Part shown: piece after piece, positions 12,964 through 24,649 of the stretch
Layout of the letters: each line of letters opens with the position of its first letter
Position numbering within the stretch: the first letter of the stretch is position 1
NCBI RefSeq assembly: GCF_001194135.2
Contig: NC_068983.1
Span: forward strand, 160,388,087-160,438,775
From: Octopus bimaculoides
Taxonomy: Eukaryota
Direction of reading: 5' to 3'
Length of the DNA: 50,689 bases
Translations under genes and position numbers: made by a program
Notes under the pieces: generated by a model
What the model saw: the letters and a program-made list of their open reading frames with translations, nothing else
The model's database searches: none
Told to the model about the DNA's origin: nothing

Positions 12964-13920
12964 CTTGAAATGACTTCATAGAAATCATTGTAAGGAAAAT
13001 ATAAAATAAAAAGAATAATAAAAGAAATTGATGAACAAATAATACATAGTACAACGTGTGTGTGTGTATGTGTGTGTAAGAGAAAAGAAACTACTAAAAT
13101 GTTGACAGAAAGACAAGATGAGGGAAATTGTGAAAAGGTTGGAAATAGCAAAAACTAAAGACAACATTTTGAAAAGTTTGTAAAAGGACTCTTTGACCAA
13201 ATAAAAAAAGATCTCTTCAGTATATTTGGTATTGAAGCTGTCACTTGTCAGATTAGAAAATGTCCCATTTCATGGCAATGTCTTTGACAAGTGATCACAA
13301 ATGCTGTATTTAGAAAACTAAGCTAGAGAGACTGTGGTCAATGACTCATAAATTCCCACTACCATTTCATGTTATTAATGTTAAATTGACATCTTCTTTA
13401 CCTCATGTTTCAGTTTATTATTGTTTTCTTTTCTTTCTACAAATAGAAATGTAGATTTGGAGTATCCATGACAAAAGTTGACCTCAAAACAAACTGCAGT
13501 CTGAACTGGGCTTGCATGCATTACCAAGACATTGAAGAGAGCTGATCAAGAAGTTTTCTTAAGAACAAAATACAGTAAGTAGAAGAGCCTAGCAATGAAT
13601 GTATTATTGGTTCATGTAACATGGCATGGTATTTCAATCATATTTTAATAAGATGATTATAGTTGTTGGATAGAAAATATAGCAAATGATGATGGTGGTG
13701 GTGGTGGTGGCTGATGATGGTGATGGTTGCATGACTAGAGCTGTACTTTCTCGAACCAAATGCAGCCAGTGTATTTATTTTTATCATTCTTGGATAAAGT
13801 CTCTTAACGATGAACTCACTACTAAGTATTACTAACAATTCGTAAATATTTATTGTATAATAACAAATAAATCCTATATGCATACACATACATGCACACA
13901 TATACATATTCTTTTATTCT

Positions 13921-14124
13921 TTTACTCTTTTACTTGTTTCAGCCATTTGACTGTGGCCATACTGGAGCACCACCTTTCGTTAAACAAATCAACCCCAGGA
14001 CTTATTGTTTGTAAGCCGAGTACTTATTCTATTGGTCTCTTTTCCCAAACCGCTAAGTTACGGGGATGTAAACACACCAACATCGGTTGTCAAGCAATGG
14101 TGGGGGATAAACACAGACACACAA

Positions 14125-14174
<50 letters not shown>

Positions 14175-14332
14175 GACGGCTTCTTTCAGTTTCCATCTAC
14201 CCAATCCACTCACAAGACTTTAGTTGGCCAAAGGCTAGAACAGAAAAGACTTGCCCAAGGTGCCACACAGTGGGACTGAACCTGGAACCATGTGGTTGGG
14301 AAGCAGGCTTCTTACCACACAGCCACTCCTAT
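13921..14332 (-). mobile_element. tRNA-derived SINE family A, full length
   Basis: Colinear with 6668-7056 over its whole length; internal (TA)n expanded. Confidence 0.9.
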
Positions 14333-14534
14333 ATGTACATTAAACTGATGTAACATTAGTTAAAACTTATCCCTCTCAAGTTGTTTTCTTTTTGTGCTCA
14401 ATGTCGAATACATACATACATACATAAATACATACATGCATACACACATGCATACAAATGTTTGTATGCATATACGTGTGCGTTGTGTGTGTGTATGTGA
14501 GTGTTGTGTGTATGTATGTGTGCATATGTATGTA

Positions 14535-14566
<32 letters not shown>

Positions 14567-14589
14567 CAAGTGTGTTATGTGTGTGATCA

Positions 14590-14790
14590 TCATTGTACCT
14601 CCACTTTCTATGCTGGCATGGGTCAGATGATTCAACAATATCTGAGTTATCACAGGAGATGTATTACTCCAACGTATCAGTTTTAGCATGGTCTTTAAGC
14701 CTGGATATCTTTCTTAACATCAACCACCTTACAGAGTGTCCAAGGTGCATTTTTCTCATAGCAACAGCACTTTAGTCTTGTTCTCAGCAA
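14590..14790 (-). mobile_element. RTE-type 3' tail / RTE-tailed SINE fragment
   Basis: Minus ctgtaaggtggttgatgttaagaaagatatccag...ctgacccatgccagcatagaaag; same tail as 17780-17970, 40008-40289 and 46400-46620. Confidence 0.65.
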
Positions 14791-15650
14791 GACTTAAGGC
14801 GCGCACATACACACACACACACATTAGCACAATATGTTATTCATCTCTGTATCTGTGTTGAACTTTTTGCCAGGTTGTGCTACTTAGTGGTTTTAGAATT
14901 TCTTACCAATGCATATTTTCAGTATATATATATTTTCAAATACATATACTCACATATACATATACACACACATATGCCTACATATACATTTGCACACTCA
15001 TATTCACACACACATATTTCCTTGTACATTAGGCTTCTCTTAACTAGTTTCCAAAGGTAAACACAATGCGTTTGTATCATACATAAACTCCAAAGTTATG
15101 AGTATTTTGCTCATAAAATCTCTATTAACTTAGTTAATTGATCATTAATATCAAATAATACAGAAAATATTTCCATGTAATTTAATTTGTATCAGTAAAA
15201 TCATGTTATTAATTTTAGAATTATTATTGAATAAAATCTGTATTTATTGCTTGAATTAGCTGTATTTTACTTTTGATATGCTAGTATGTTTAATATAACA
15301 TTGTCTGGATTTGCATTCGTACTCTTTTTTACAGTCCTCAAGAGTGTTGTTTTAAAAGCTTGAAATGGATATTTACAACATAATTTTTGATTATTTCACT
15401 ATCCCGTCCTGAAAATGGTTGTTAAATGAATTGAAGGTGGGTAAAGTTTTGGTGGACTGGCCAAGAATCTTAGAAAAGCAATCATCATAGTAATAAGTTG
15501 GATATCTTAAAGAAGCAAGAATAAGGTGAACAATTCTAAGATATCACCAACTTCTGCAATCTTTCTTTGTCAATTCTTGTCACTGTTGACAAAATAAAAA
15601 ATGATAAATAGAACAAATTACTATATGTCCAAACCCCTTTAAGTGTCAAG

Positions 15651-17295
15651 ATGGTAAGTATGCATTACATGAAATGTGTGTTAACACGGTGGCTTGATGA
15701 TCTGGGTGAATTTCCAAAGAATATTGCGGCGATCATTTGATAGTAGTGCGCTGCTTGTCAACCAGTACCTGCTGATTGTCAACCAGTAGTCAGCTGGTCA
15801 ACAGGTAGCAGACAGCANNNNNNNNNNNNNNNNNNNNNNNNNNNNNNNNNNNNNNNNNNNNNNNNNNNNNNNNNNNNNNNNNNNNNNNNNNNNNNNNNNN
15901 NNNNNNNNNNNNNNNNNNNNNNNNNNNNNNNNNNNNNNNNNNNNNNNNNNNNNNNNNNNNNNNNNNNNNNNNNNNNNNNNNNNNNNNNNNNNNNNNNNNN
16001 NNNNNNNNNNNNNNNNNNNNNNNNNNNNNNNNNNNNNNNNNNNNNNNNNNNNNNNNNNNNNNNNNNNNNNNNNNNNNNNNNNNNNNNNNNNNNNNNNNNN
16101 NNNNNNNNNNNNNNNNNNNNNNNNNNNNNNNNNNNNNNNNNNNNNNNNNNNNNNNNNNNNNNNNNNNNNNNNNNNNNNNNNNNNNNNNNNNNNNNNNNNN
16201 NNNNACTAACGCCCTTTCCCTCTTTCTTTATGGAAATTGCCGAATTGATGTAAACAAGGACATGTTGACCAGCTGACTACTGGTTGACAATCAGCAGGTA
16301 CTGGTTGACAAGTAGCGCACTACTATCGAATGATCGCCAATATTGCTCCTGCCCAAGAAAATACTCTTGCTTTATTTGAAATCTCATAGAAAAATCTGAA
16401 GAGAATGTTGAATTTAGTGTTGCTGGTGTTGCTGCCCAAGAATTTACAGCAAGTTCAGATTGGTTTGGCTGCTTCAACAGATGGTGCAATAGGCACTGCT
16501 TAAAAAAGAGTATGGCAGCATGTAGGATAAACAGACAGCAGCTGAGTGTCTAAGCATTTTGAAGGGAAATTATATTTTGGTAAAGATATATTCTTAATAA
16601 ATTTCTAATCTAAGCAGAAACACCTTTTACTGAAAAGAAAGCCTAGTTGCAACAGGCATGATCAGTAAAGCAAAGGTGACCTCCAGGAAGCAAGAAACCT
16701 CTGAAGACAAGATCTCAGTTCTTCATAGTTGTTATGCTAAGGGTTATGTAAAACTGAAGCCACTCTTGTTAATTCCATTATCTCAAAAACACAACTCAAT
16801 AAATTCAATCAATGGACCATAGTATATTCTCTGTGCCTCCAGTCAAATAATTCAAGCAGTTGATTGTGATAGAAAACTAAAGGCTCAACATCAAAGATCA
16901 AAGATCAAAGATATAATTGGATCTTTTGAATCAGAGAAAGGAATTAAACAGGTATGCAAATTTAGAGATCCAACAAGAAGATCTAACAGGAAGATTCAAC
17001 TAATTTGGATTACTTTGTAATTATTTACACATCTTGCTTTGAGATGTTCTAACAAGAACATATCCCATAAAACACTGTAATTGTCTGATAACGCTCTTTA
17101 TATTGTCAACTTGTCTTATCTCAGTGACCTATTTTGGATGAGGTTTCTTCCTCAATATCAAACCTCAATGAATCCAGTCAATGGACCATAACATAGTCTC
17201 AGCATCTCCAGACAAATAATTCAAGCAGTTGATAGTTTCAACATCAAAGATATAATTAGCAATGTTTTGAATCAGGCTAAGGAATTAAACAGGTA
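15651..17295 (+). mobile_element. Heavily decayed pogo/Tigger transposase (CENP-B HTH + DDE remnants), interrupted by a MITE
   Basis: Remnant peptides MKCVLTRWLDD...QENTLALFE, EFTASSDWFGCFNR (cf. Tigger FKASRGWF), EDKISVLHSCYAKGYVKLKPLLLI (cf. KDRLTLLLGANAAGDFKLKP), KTL*LSDNA (cf. LLLLDNA) and RFLPQYQTSMNP/MDH (cf. FLPPNTTSLIQPMDQ). Confidence 0.7.
15728..16338. mobile_element. Non-autonomous DNA transposon (MITE), Merlin-like: 76-bp TIRs, 8-bp TSD AATATTGC
   Basis: Left TIR 15728-15803 (GGCGATCATT...) and right TIR 16263-16338 (...AATGATCGCC) differ at only 2 positions. AATATTGC lies at both 15720-15727 and 16339-16346. Interior is largely N. Confidence 0.88.
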
Positions 17296-17409
17296 AATTT
17301 GAGCAACAAGAAAAATGCATTCCAATGTTATGTCCTTTACTGACCAAGCTTTGTAAACCCTTGTAAGCAATAATTTAAATTATGATATTAATCTTGATTA
17401 TAATACTGA

Positions 17410-17592
17410 AACTGCCTATGCAGTGCAAAATGCTTAGCATCATTTTGTCCGTCAAATTGTGCCACAGTTGATTTTGCCTTTCATTCTTTTGCGACTCATA
17501 AAATAGGTACCAGTTGAACACTGGGGTTGATGTAATTGACTTAACTCCTCCCCTGAAATTGCTGGCCTTGTGCAAAAATTTGAAACCAATAT
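17410..17592 (+). mobile_element. SINE family B
   Basis: caaaatgcttagc...ttttgcctttcattc...taaaataggtaccagttg...gatgtaattgactta...ctggccttgtgcaaaaatttgaaaccaatatt. Related copies at 44900-45045 (+) and 27930-28060 (-). Confidence 0.75.
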
Positions 17593-17779
17593 TGAAACTA
17601 CCCTTCACCCATATAATGAGCTTTAAAAAAAAAACACCTTCTTGCTAAGAAATTGATATTATTCATATCTTTTACTAAATTCATACCACCAATCAACTCA
17701 ACAAACACTGGCTGTCTCAACTTCTTCCCCTCCAGCTGGAGATATTGATCCCACTGCTTCACAGATGTGAAGTTATGGT

Positions 17780-17970
17780 GTCATCAGGTAAAACAGAAGA
17801 AGAATTTACGCAAAAAGCACCTGTGCTGCTGCCATGTAAAATGCATGCAAAAAGCACCTGTCTGCTGCCAGACAACTGGAGATTGCTCTGCAGTTTGCCA
17901 ACTTCTGTCAAACCATCCAACCCAGGCCAGCATAGAAAATGGACGTTAAATGATGATGATGATGATGATA
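17780..17970 (+). mobile_element. RTE-type 3' end with (GAT)n tail
   Basis: ...aaaccatccaacccaggccagcatagaaaatggacgttaaa(tga)n. Confidence 0.7.
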
Positions 17971-18199
17971 ATGAAGGCGAATAATGTTTGTGTGTGTGTG
18001 TGTGTGTGTATGTGTGTGTGTGTGTGTGTGCGTGTGCATGCATATGTGTGTGTGTCTGTGTGTGTATGTGTTTATGAATACACACATAAATATAATCCAT
18101 CATCATGGATGTGGGTTGGATGTGGGTTGGATGTAGCACTGATGAAAGATCAATAACTCATGAAATATGCATATACACCCATTACCTACCTTAATAAGT

Positions 18200-18533
18200 A
18201 CATGCGTTGCTATGTAGTCAGAAGTCTGCTTCACTGCAACATGGTTCCAGGTTCATTCCTACAGCATGGCACCTTGAGCAAGTGTCTTCAACTATAGCCT
18301 CAGGCCAGCCAAAGACTTATGAGTAGATTTGATAGATGGAAACTGAAAGAAAACTGTCATGTATGTATGTGTGCATGAGTGTGTGTGTGGATGTGTGAAT
18401 TTGTGTTTGTGATTGACAACTGGTATTGGTTTGTTTATGTCCCTGTCACATAGTTGTTTGGCAAAAGAGAATGATAGAATAAGTACCAGATTTTTAAAAA
18501 ATTAAGTACTGGGGTACTCAACTAAAATTCTTC
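18200..18533 (+). mobile_element. SINE family A, decayed
   Basis: ggttccaggttcattcc...gcaccttgagcaagtgtcttcaactatagcc...gatggaaactgaaag...gatagaataagtacc. Confidence 0.75.
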
Positions 18534-18534
18534 A

Positions 18535-19620
18535 AGTTTAAAGTTACATCTAAAAAGTTAGTAGTTTTGTGTGAATTTTCAAAAATAATAGACAGGTTTA
18601 GACTAGAGAAAAATTAGAGTTGATCTTTTCTAGTTCATTCTAAAAAGGATTTATTTACAGTATTGGTAACTAGCAAGGTGTCATCTCTGTAGGGGCTTCT
18701 CTTCAAGTTAGAGAAATGCATTTGGAGCTGATTGAGTATGTATAGTCCAATGAGGTCAGTGACCTAGTCGGAGTTGGATGATCCCATGGTAATGTCAAAT
18801 AAATTGCTATGGTTATTGGTATTGCTATGGTGATTGGCCCAGCACCAGAGTTTGTCCTCAAAAGAAATAAGGGTTTTGCAGGCATTAAGGATTATGTTAA
18901 TTTCTAGCGGCGTAAGGTTAGTTAGATTCCTAGCTAGAAGGAGAGCTTGATTAAGAAATTTGTGAGAAATAGAAGAGTAGTAATTATTTATATCGAATTG
19001 TAGGAAAGAATAAGAGTTTTTGTTGTTTAAGAGATGGGACCATGTTATAACTTCACCTGTACAGGACCATAAGTTAACATTTAATCACTCCTTGATGATT
19101 GGTATTATTTTGTCCAAAATAGTTTTTCTTATTCTTCCCAGATCGGATTTGATGGGGCATATGAGGCGTATCAATGGTTTGGTTATAAAGTCCTTCTTAT
19201 GATCTTTGAGGTTGAAGAATAAAGGTGTAGGGCAGTATGGTTCCGTGCAGTCATCTACGTGTAGTTTGCAATGGCTTGTGTTGATGTCAAGGGCAGATGT
19301 TGGTGCCAGCTTTTAAAATTTGTAGAGTTCCTTCTTTATGAATTTGTTGTATTCCTCAATGGTAATAAAATACATATTTCTTGTTTCATCTGAGAAGACG
19401 TGTGATTTGGTATTTTTAGTTGTTGTGGAAGAAGGCTTTCCATTGCATTCTTCAGATGAGGTCCTTAGTTTTGGCGAGCAGGATTAAGAGGAAAGTCTTT
19501 TGTGAAGGAATAGGTATGTCCTTAGGAGAGATGCCAAGGAATTGTTTATCTATTATGAAAGCGTTACCTGTAATAAGTGCTTGTATTAGTGAGGAAGTGA
19601 GGGTATGAGAGACATTGGTA
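18535..19620 (-). mobile_element. Penelope-like retroelement (Naiad type) RT region, pseudogenised
   Basis: Minus translation: SPKDIPIPSQK...I*RMQWKAFF, DETRNMY, LKDHKKDFITKPLIRLICPIKSDLGRI, FDINNYYSSIS, LFDITMGS, LIGLYIL, YRDDTL, NFLDVTLNL. These are PLE RT motifs (FDI..FYPSI, FDVTMGS, YRDDGL, FLDVT). Confidence 0.88.
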
Positions 19621-19823
19621 TCGAGAAGACCCAGAGAGTGGCAGGTAACACTAAGTAAGTGCTATGAATAGACCGTAGTTAAACTTTTGGTTCGATAGTG
19701 ATTAAACTCTATCTTTAAGGATTTCAGTCATTTAATACTACATATGTGGACATGCAAGCAGATACATGTGTGTATGCAAATGTGTGTACACATATATTTG
19801 TGTATGCATGTATATGTATGAGG

Positions 19824-19884
<61 letters not shown>

Positions 19885-20029
19885 CATATATACATATATG
19901 TGTGTGTGTGTGCTTGTGACTATTTCCAACAGAGTCATCCAGTTCAATTGTATTATAAACTCCAACTTAGACCCACCCTTACTGGCAACATGTCAATCTA
20001 GACTAACCTCACAAGGGTGACACTCTAAC

Positions 20030-20512
20030 TATCATACAAACAAAAAACCCTGCAATTGTCGTACATACAATTTATGCCCTCTTGAAGGATTTTTCTCATG
20101 CAAAAATGTAATATACAAATACACTGTGTTAACAACCTGAAACCACCAAACAATGATATATATTGGGAGCACAGTAGACTTTAAGCAAAGATATTGTGCC
20201 CATATTAATTCTTTTATTAATCCTAAAACCAGATTTTCTACTTCTTTGGCTCTGCATATCCATAGTCTAAAAGGGAAATATATTCAGTATAAATTACCTT
20301 GGTCAACAGTAACAGAAGCATCCCCTTTACAATTCATATACACGTAAATGTAATCTTTGATTTAGGGAATCCTTAACCATTCTGCATATGCACAATTCTT
20401 CAATGTTAAATAGGTTATCTGTCATCTCCTGTAGACAAAGGTATTATTTGACCCTTAGATGTTTGGTTAACTGTCCATACTTACACAATAAATTATTCCA
20501 TTAAATCTGAAA
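20030..20512 (+). mobile_element. Penelope-like GIY-YIG endonuclease region (Naiad type), pseudogenised
   Basis: KKPCNCRTYNLCPLEG...NVIYKY...IYIGSTVDFKQRYCAHINSF...STSLALHIHSLK...YKLPW, then after a frameshift YNSYTRKCNL*FRE...LNRLSVISCRQ. Confidence 0.88.
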
Positions 20513-21581
20513 TATAAAAACTTGGTTTATGTTATCGCCTCCAAACCTCCACTTCTAACATTAGTAATAACTTGACCTCAATAGTTGTATATTTTCCCAT
20601 CCTACTGTATAATATAAAAAAAAATACATACCTAACACCCACCTACTACAACAATAAGTATATCTCTTTATAAAGATTGTCAGCATCGAAGTCCACAATA
20701 GTGCATGACAAATCTAGCCTTACCAGTTGGAAAATACCCTGAAGAAGGAGACAGTGATATTAGATTAATGGAACTTAAATTCTATTACATCTTTGCACCT
20801 CTATGGCCCCAGAAATGGCCCTCGGATTTTAACGAACTATAAACATCTATATGGATTTACAGTATTCTCTGCACTCCACCCATTCTGTGTATATAATTTT
20901 AATACTATTCTTGTTGTAAGTAAGACTATGAATTGTATGTTCTTAATATATTCTTAGCATATCTATATATTTAAACCTATATATTTTTAATGTATTTTTC
21001 ATATATTTTTAAGTATATTTATATATCTATATATTTTTAGTAAAATGATTTTGTCCACATAATAATTTTACAACAGAATATATTTTAGTAAGCTATCTTT
21101 TGTCTCTCATCGTTATCTTTCCTATTTTCCTATGGCTCAAACATACTGAGTACTTCGATGTGTCCTATATATAGAGAAACTTTCATCTCTTGAAAATAAA
21201 TTTTATATATATATATATACACACACACGCATATATATATATATATATGAGAAAGAATAGGGTAGAGGCAGATGAGAATATTGTGTTAGACTCATGTAAT
21301 AACTATATTCTTGAGCACTCATATACTGCATGCTACATTACATAATATTCTTCCTACTCTAATTAGGAAAGCTTCAATATTTGATAATTTATTCTAAATT
21401 TTTATTGTCTGAGAGACAATATATGTGGCTCTGAAAGCATCAAAACTTATGAGGCACAAGTAGATCAAAAGTAATATAGATGTGTGTGTGTGCATGGGTG
21501 CATGTGTGTGTAAGTGTTTTAGTGTGCAGAGAAATACTTTGTTACCTGCTATTTATATCAGTTCACAATTGATCAGTGCAG

Positions 21582-21761
21582 AAAGATTATTCTCCAGGAA
21601 ACCATTTATGTCAGGTGATCATAGCATACAAAAAGCTACATGCACTTTCAAACATAAAAGTAATTTCTACAAAACTGTCATTTTATATTATCAAAGATAT
21701 TCTCTGCCAATTACAAAAAGTAATAATTTCGAATGTCAGCTTTTCTCGTGTATTATTTGAG
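21582..21761 (+). CDS. Candidate phase 0-0 coding exon (unidentified)
   Basis: tgcag| 180 nt KDYSPGNHLCQVIIAYKKLHALSNIKVISTKLSFYIIKDILCQLQKVIISNVSFSRVLFE |gtaaaa. Confidence 0.22.
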
Positions 21762-22029
21762 GTAAAAAAAAAAAAATAAAAATCACTTTCTGTAATTTTA
21801 TTACACTACAAGCAAGGAAACATTTTAACTTCTTTTCTTTTTTTTAATGAAGAATCAATAATTATGTTTGATCAATAATTATCTATGACAATTCTCATAG
21901 AACAAGGATAAGCTACTGGTTAGGTAAGTCTGCTGCAACCCAGATTTGATTTTCTTTGTTGCAGTAATTTCTCTTCAATTACATTGGAAATGACAGTTGT
22001 GGTTAGCAATGTTGTTAAGGAAGTGGAAG

Positions 22030-22170
22030 TGGCGGTATATGGCCTAGGAATCATGAGTTCTTGGCTCATGATCATAAGTTAATGAGTTTAATTCCTGAAC
22101 TAGGCAGCATGTTGTATCCTTGAGCAAGGCACCTCATTTCCCGTTTCTCCACTCTGCTCTACATTAATGA
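22030..22170 (+). mobile_element. SINE family D, decayed head
   Basis: ggcggtatatggccta...ctcatgatcataag...ttgtatccttgagcaaggcacctcatttc. Confidence 0.6.
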
Positions 22171-23717
22171 ATAATAGCCAGGTTTTGGTGCAGCCTCCTC
22201 TCTGTCACACTCTGGGTGTTCCAAGGTGTTTAGGGAGAGAGAACAACGAGGTCATTTATATCTACATAAGTGCCTAAAACAATTACTGAAAGTATGCTAC
22301 TTCCTACCAAGCCGTGCTTACTCATGAGTATTTGACAATCATTGAGTAAAGGGATTAATAATTTATGCCCTTAAAACCAGATTCTACCCCAGGTGGGCAT
22401 AGATGGAGAGGTTGTCAGCTCAAGAGATGGCTCGTGGCAGTCAAAGCAGGTATGGAGCTCGTTTCCAGCCTTCGATTCCTTGGCATTTGTTGCTGGAACT
22501 AAGAATGGCTTCAACACGCTGCAGAATTGGTTACTAACAGACATGCATGGGCCACTTTGACTCATGAAGCAGTGAACTCAATAGGAGCTGGCTTAACCCC
22601 TCTTGGATGAATGCCATTGCAAGGAGAAAGAGGAGGAGAACTGCTGTTATACATGTCTTTTGTCCAAACTACTTTTACTCCAGTTGACTCTAACTATTTG
22701 AAAAGGAATTTGTATCATGGTCGAAATTACTAATAAGCATGAGCAATAACAACAATTAAGAATCATTAACTTACTGTGGTGATTAAGTATTCTTATGAGC
22801 ATTTGTGTCAACATAAACTAATATTACCATTTGCTACTACCATCAAAGAAATATTTGAAACTGAGCGTCATAGCATTGATACCTTTGTAAGAGAAATATT
22901 AATGACTAAATAACTTTGTTTTCAAGAGAAAATATTTATCATTAGTTCCATGACTTTCAATGGTTGAGAATATATTTTCCTATTACAGAAAGTTATTTTA
23001 TTGCTTTAAAATTTCAGGAATAAAGCATGTACAATAAAGCATGTAGAATAAAATATATTTCTTAAATGCACAACAAATCACCTTTAGTTTATTTGAACTC
23101 AAGACCTCTGAGCTCAATCTTTACACTTGTACTCTAATATTTTGAAAAACAGAGGAGTGTCACAGAATCTGATTGCTACTCATCTTTATTTTTAAGGTAA
23201 AATGGCTATGTGAGAAATAAATTAATAATAAATCAAGTGATGTTTTCGTGGAACAGCCTTTTTGAAAATGGCTTTTGATGAACTACATCGATTGGAAAAC
23301 AGACCCATCAACACTGTTTGATCAAAAACATGGTTTTCTCATCTGATTTCTTTGGATTACAGTGCTCTTGTTTTGCAGTGACCTGACCTTCAAAACATGT
23401 TAAGGAAAAATATATGGTACTTAAACTTAAGCAGTTCTCATTCACAGAGAAATGGTAGTTTATAAACAAGAAATATAAGGATAAGTGTTCAAAGGAAATA
23501 TAATGTTGAATAACAAGGACAGTTCATTGCAGAAAACATGACTTTGATGCCAAACACTTTTGTTCATTAAAAGTTGTGACAAGTTTTTATTAAATAGAAT
23601 AAGAAACTGGAAAATGTTTTTTAGTGTAAACAGTCAGCTGAAGACTGCCTTGATTAAAATAACAACTTTTATGTACTCAGTGGTTCTTCACATATTTTAT
23701 CAGCTTTCATAGTAAAC

Positions 23718-23870
23718 AATGATGATGATGTGGATGACGATGATGGCAATGATGATGATGGTGATGATGATGGTGGTAGCAATGATAATGATGAAGATAA
23801 CAACAACAATAGCAACAAGGGTAAAGATGAGGATGATGGTGATAGCTATAACATATAATGATAATAAAAA
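23718..23870. repeat. Degenerate (GAT)n/(AAC)n trinucleotide tract
   Basis: Directly visible. Confidence 0.9.
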
Positions 23871-24104
23871 TAACATAATTTTGAATGGAATTAAGATATT
23901 GCAGACTATGAAAGCCATTTCAAAACTAGCTAACTGAAATATCAACACTTGCCATCCCAATCTTGACATAATTCAACTTTTGACAGATATTAAGAAATAG
24001 ATTCCTTTTTAATATTAATATCTTTAAAAAAGCAACAAAATTTTTATGTCTTCTTAATAATTCATGTTTTATAGATCTACTACACATATGTTCCATAATT
24101 CTTT

Positions 24105-24390
24105 CATTCTCTTACTGCTTTCAGACATTGGGCTGTAGCTGTGCTATTACTCTATCTTGAGAGACTTGGCCAAACAAATCAGTTTCAGTGCATATTTTAT
24201 GTTCGGTACTTATTCTGTCATTGTGTTTGTGTCAAGATGCTAAGTTACAGGAGTGCAAACAAACCAACACTAGTCGTCAAGCAGTGTGGGTAACAGTCAT
24301 AAAGATACACACACACACACACAAATACACACACACACACACACATCATGGATGAGAAGACATTAGTATAAACATAGAATGAAAACCATA

Positions 24391-24426
<36 letters not shown>

Positions 24427-24430
24427 GTGT
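24105..24430 (-). mobile_element. SINE family A, decayed 3' part plus microsatellite
   Basis: ttcagacattgggctgtagc...tacttattct...aaaccaacactagtcgtcaagc...(CA)n. Confidence 0.6.
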
Positions 24431-24433
24431 GTA

Positions 24434-24649
24434 CAGGGTTGGACAAAATAATGGAAACACCTTAAAATTTCAAGCCAATTTGTTTTAATATGGAGTAGGA
24501 CCACTTTTAGCAGTAATTACAGCTTGAATTCTATGAGGTAAGGACTCGTACAAAGTTTGAATTGTTTCCAAAGGAATTTTTGTCCATTCTTCAGCTAAAA
24601 CAGTCTGCAGTTCGTGTAGTGATGATGGTGGAGGATATCGACTCCTTAC
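24434..24649 (-). mobile_element. Tc1-family transposon 3' end (transposase C-terminus + TIR)
   Basis: Minus SRYPPPSSLHELQTVLAEEWTKIPLETIQTLYESLPHRIQAVITAKSGPTPY* is a typical Tc1 C-terminus. The terminus reads TA|CAGGGTTGGACAAAATAATGGAAACAC (TA target at 24432-24433). Confidence 0.88.

Noticed and set aside
13090-13580. Coding-looking frames and an ag...|gtaagt segment (13448-13574)
   Set aside because: All frames contain stops at about the frequency expected for AT-rich DNA.
15728-16338. CRISPR-like spaced repeats (tgtcaaccagta units)
   Set aside because: These are subrepeats of transposon TIRs in inverted orientation, in eukaryotic DNA with no cas genes.
21901-22035. Micro-exon pair NKDKLLVS/NFSSITLEM...
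   Set aside because: The implied intron is only ~40 nt and the second part runs into a SINE.
23197-23416. Putative pseudo-exon with stops read as CGA/CAA decay or editable stops
   Set aside because: Four stops in 73 codons is no better than random at this composition.
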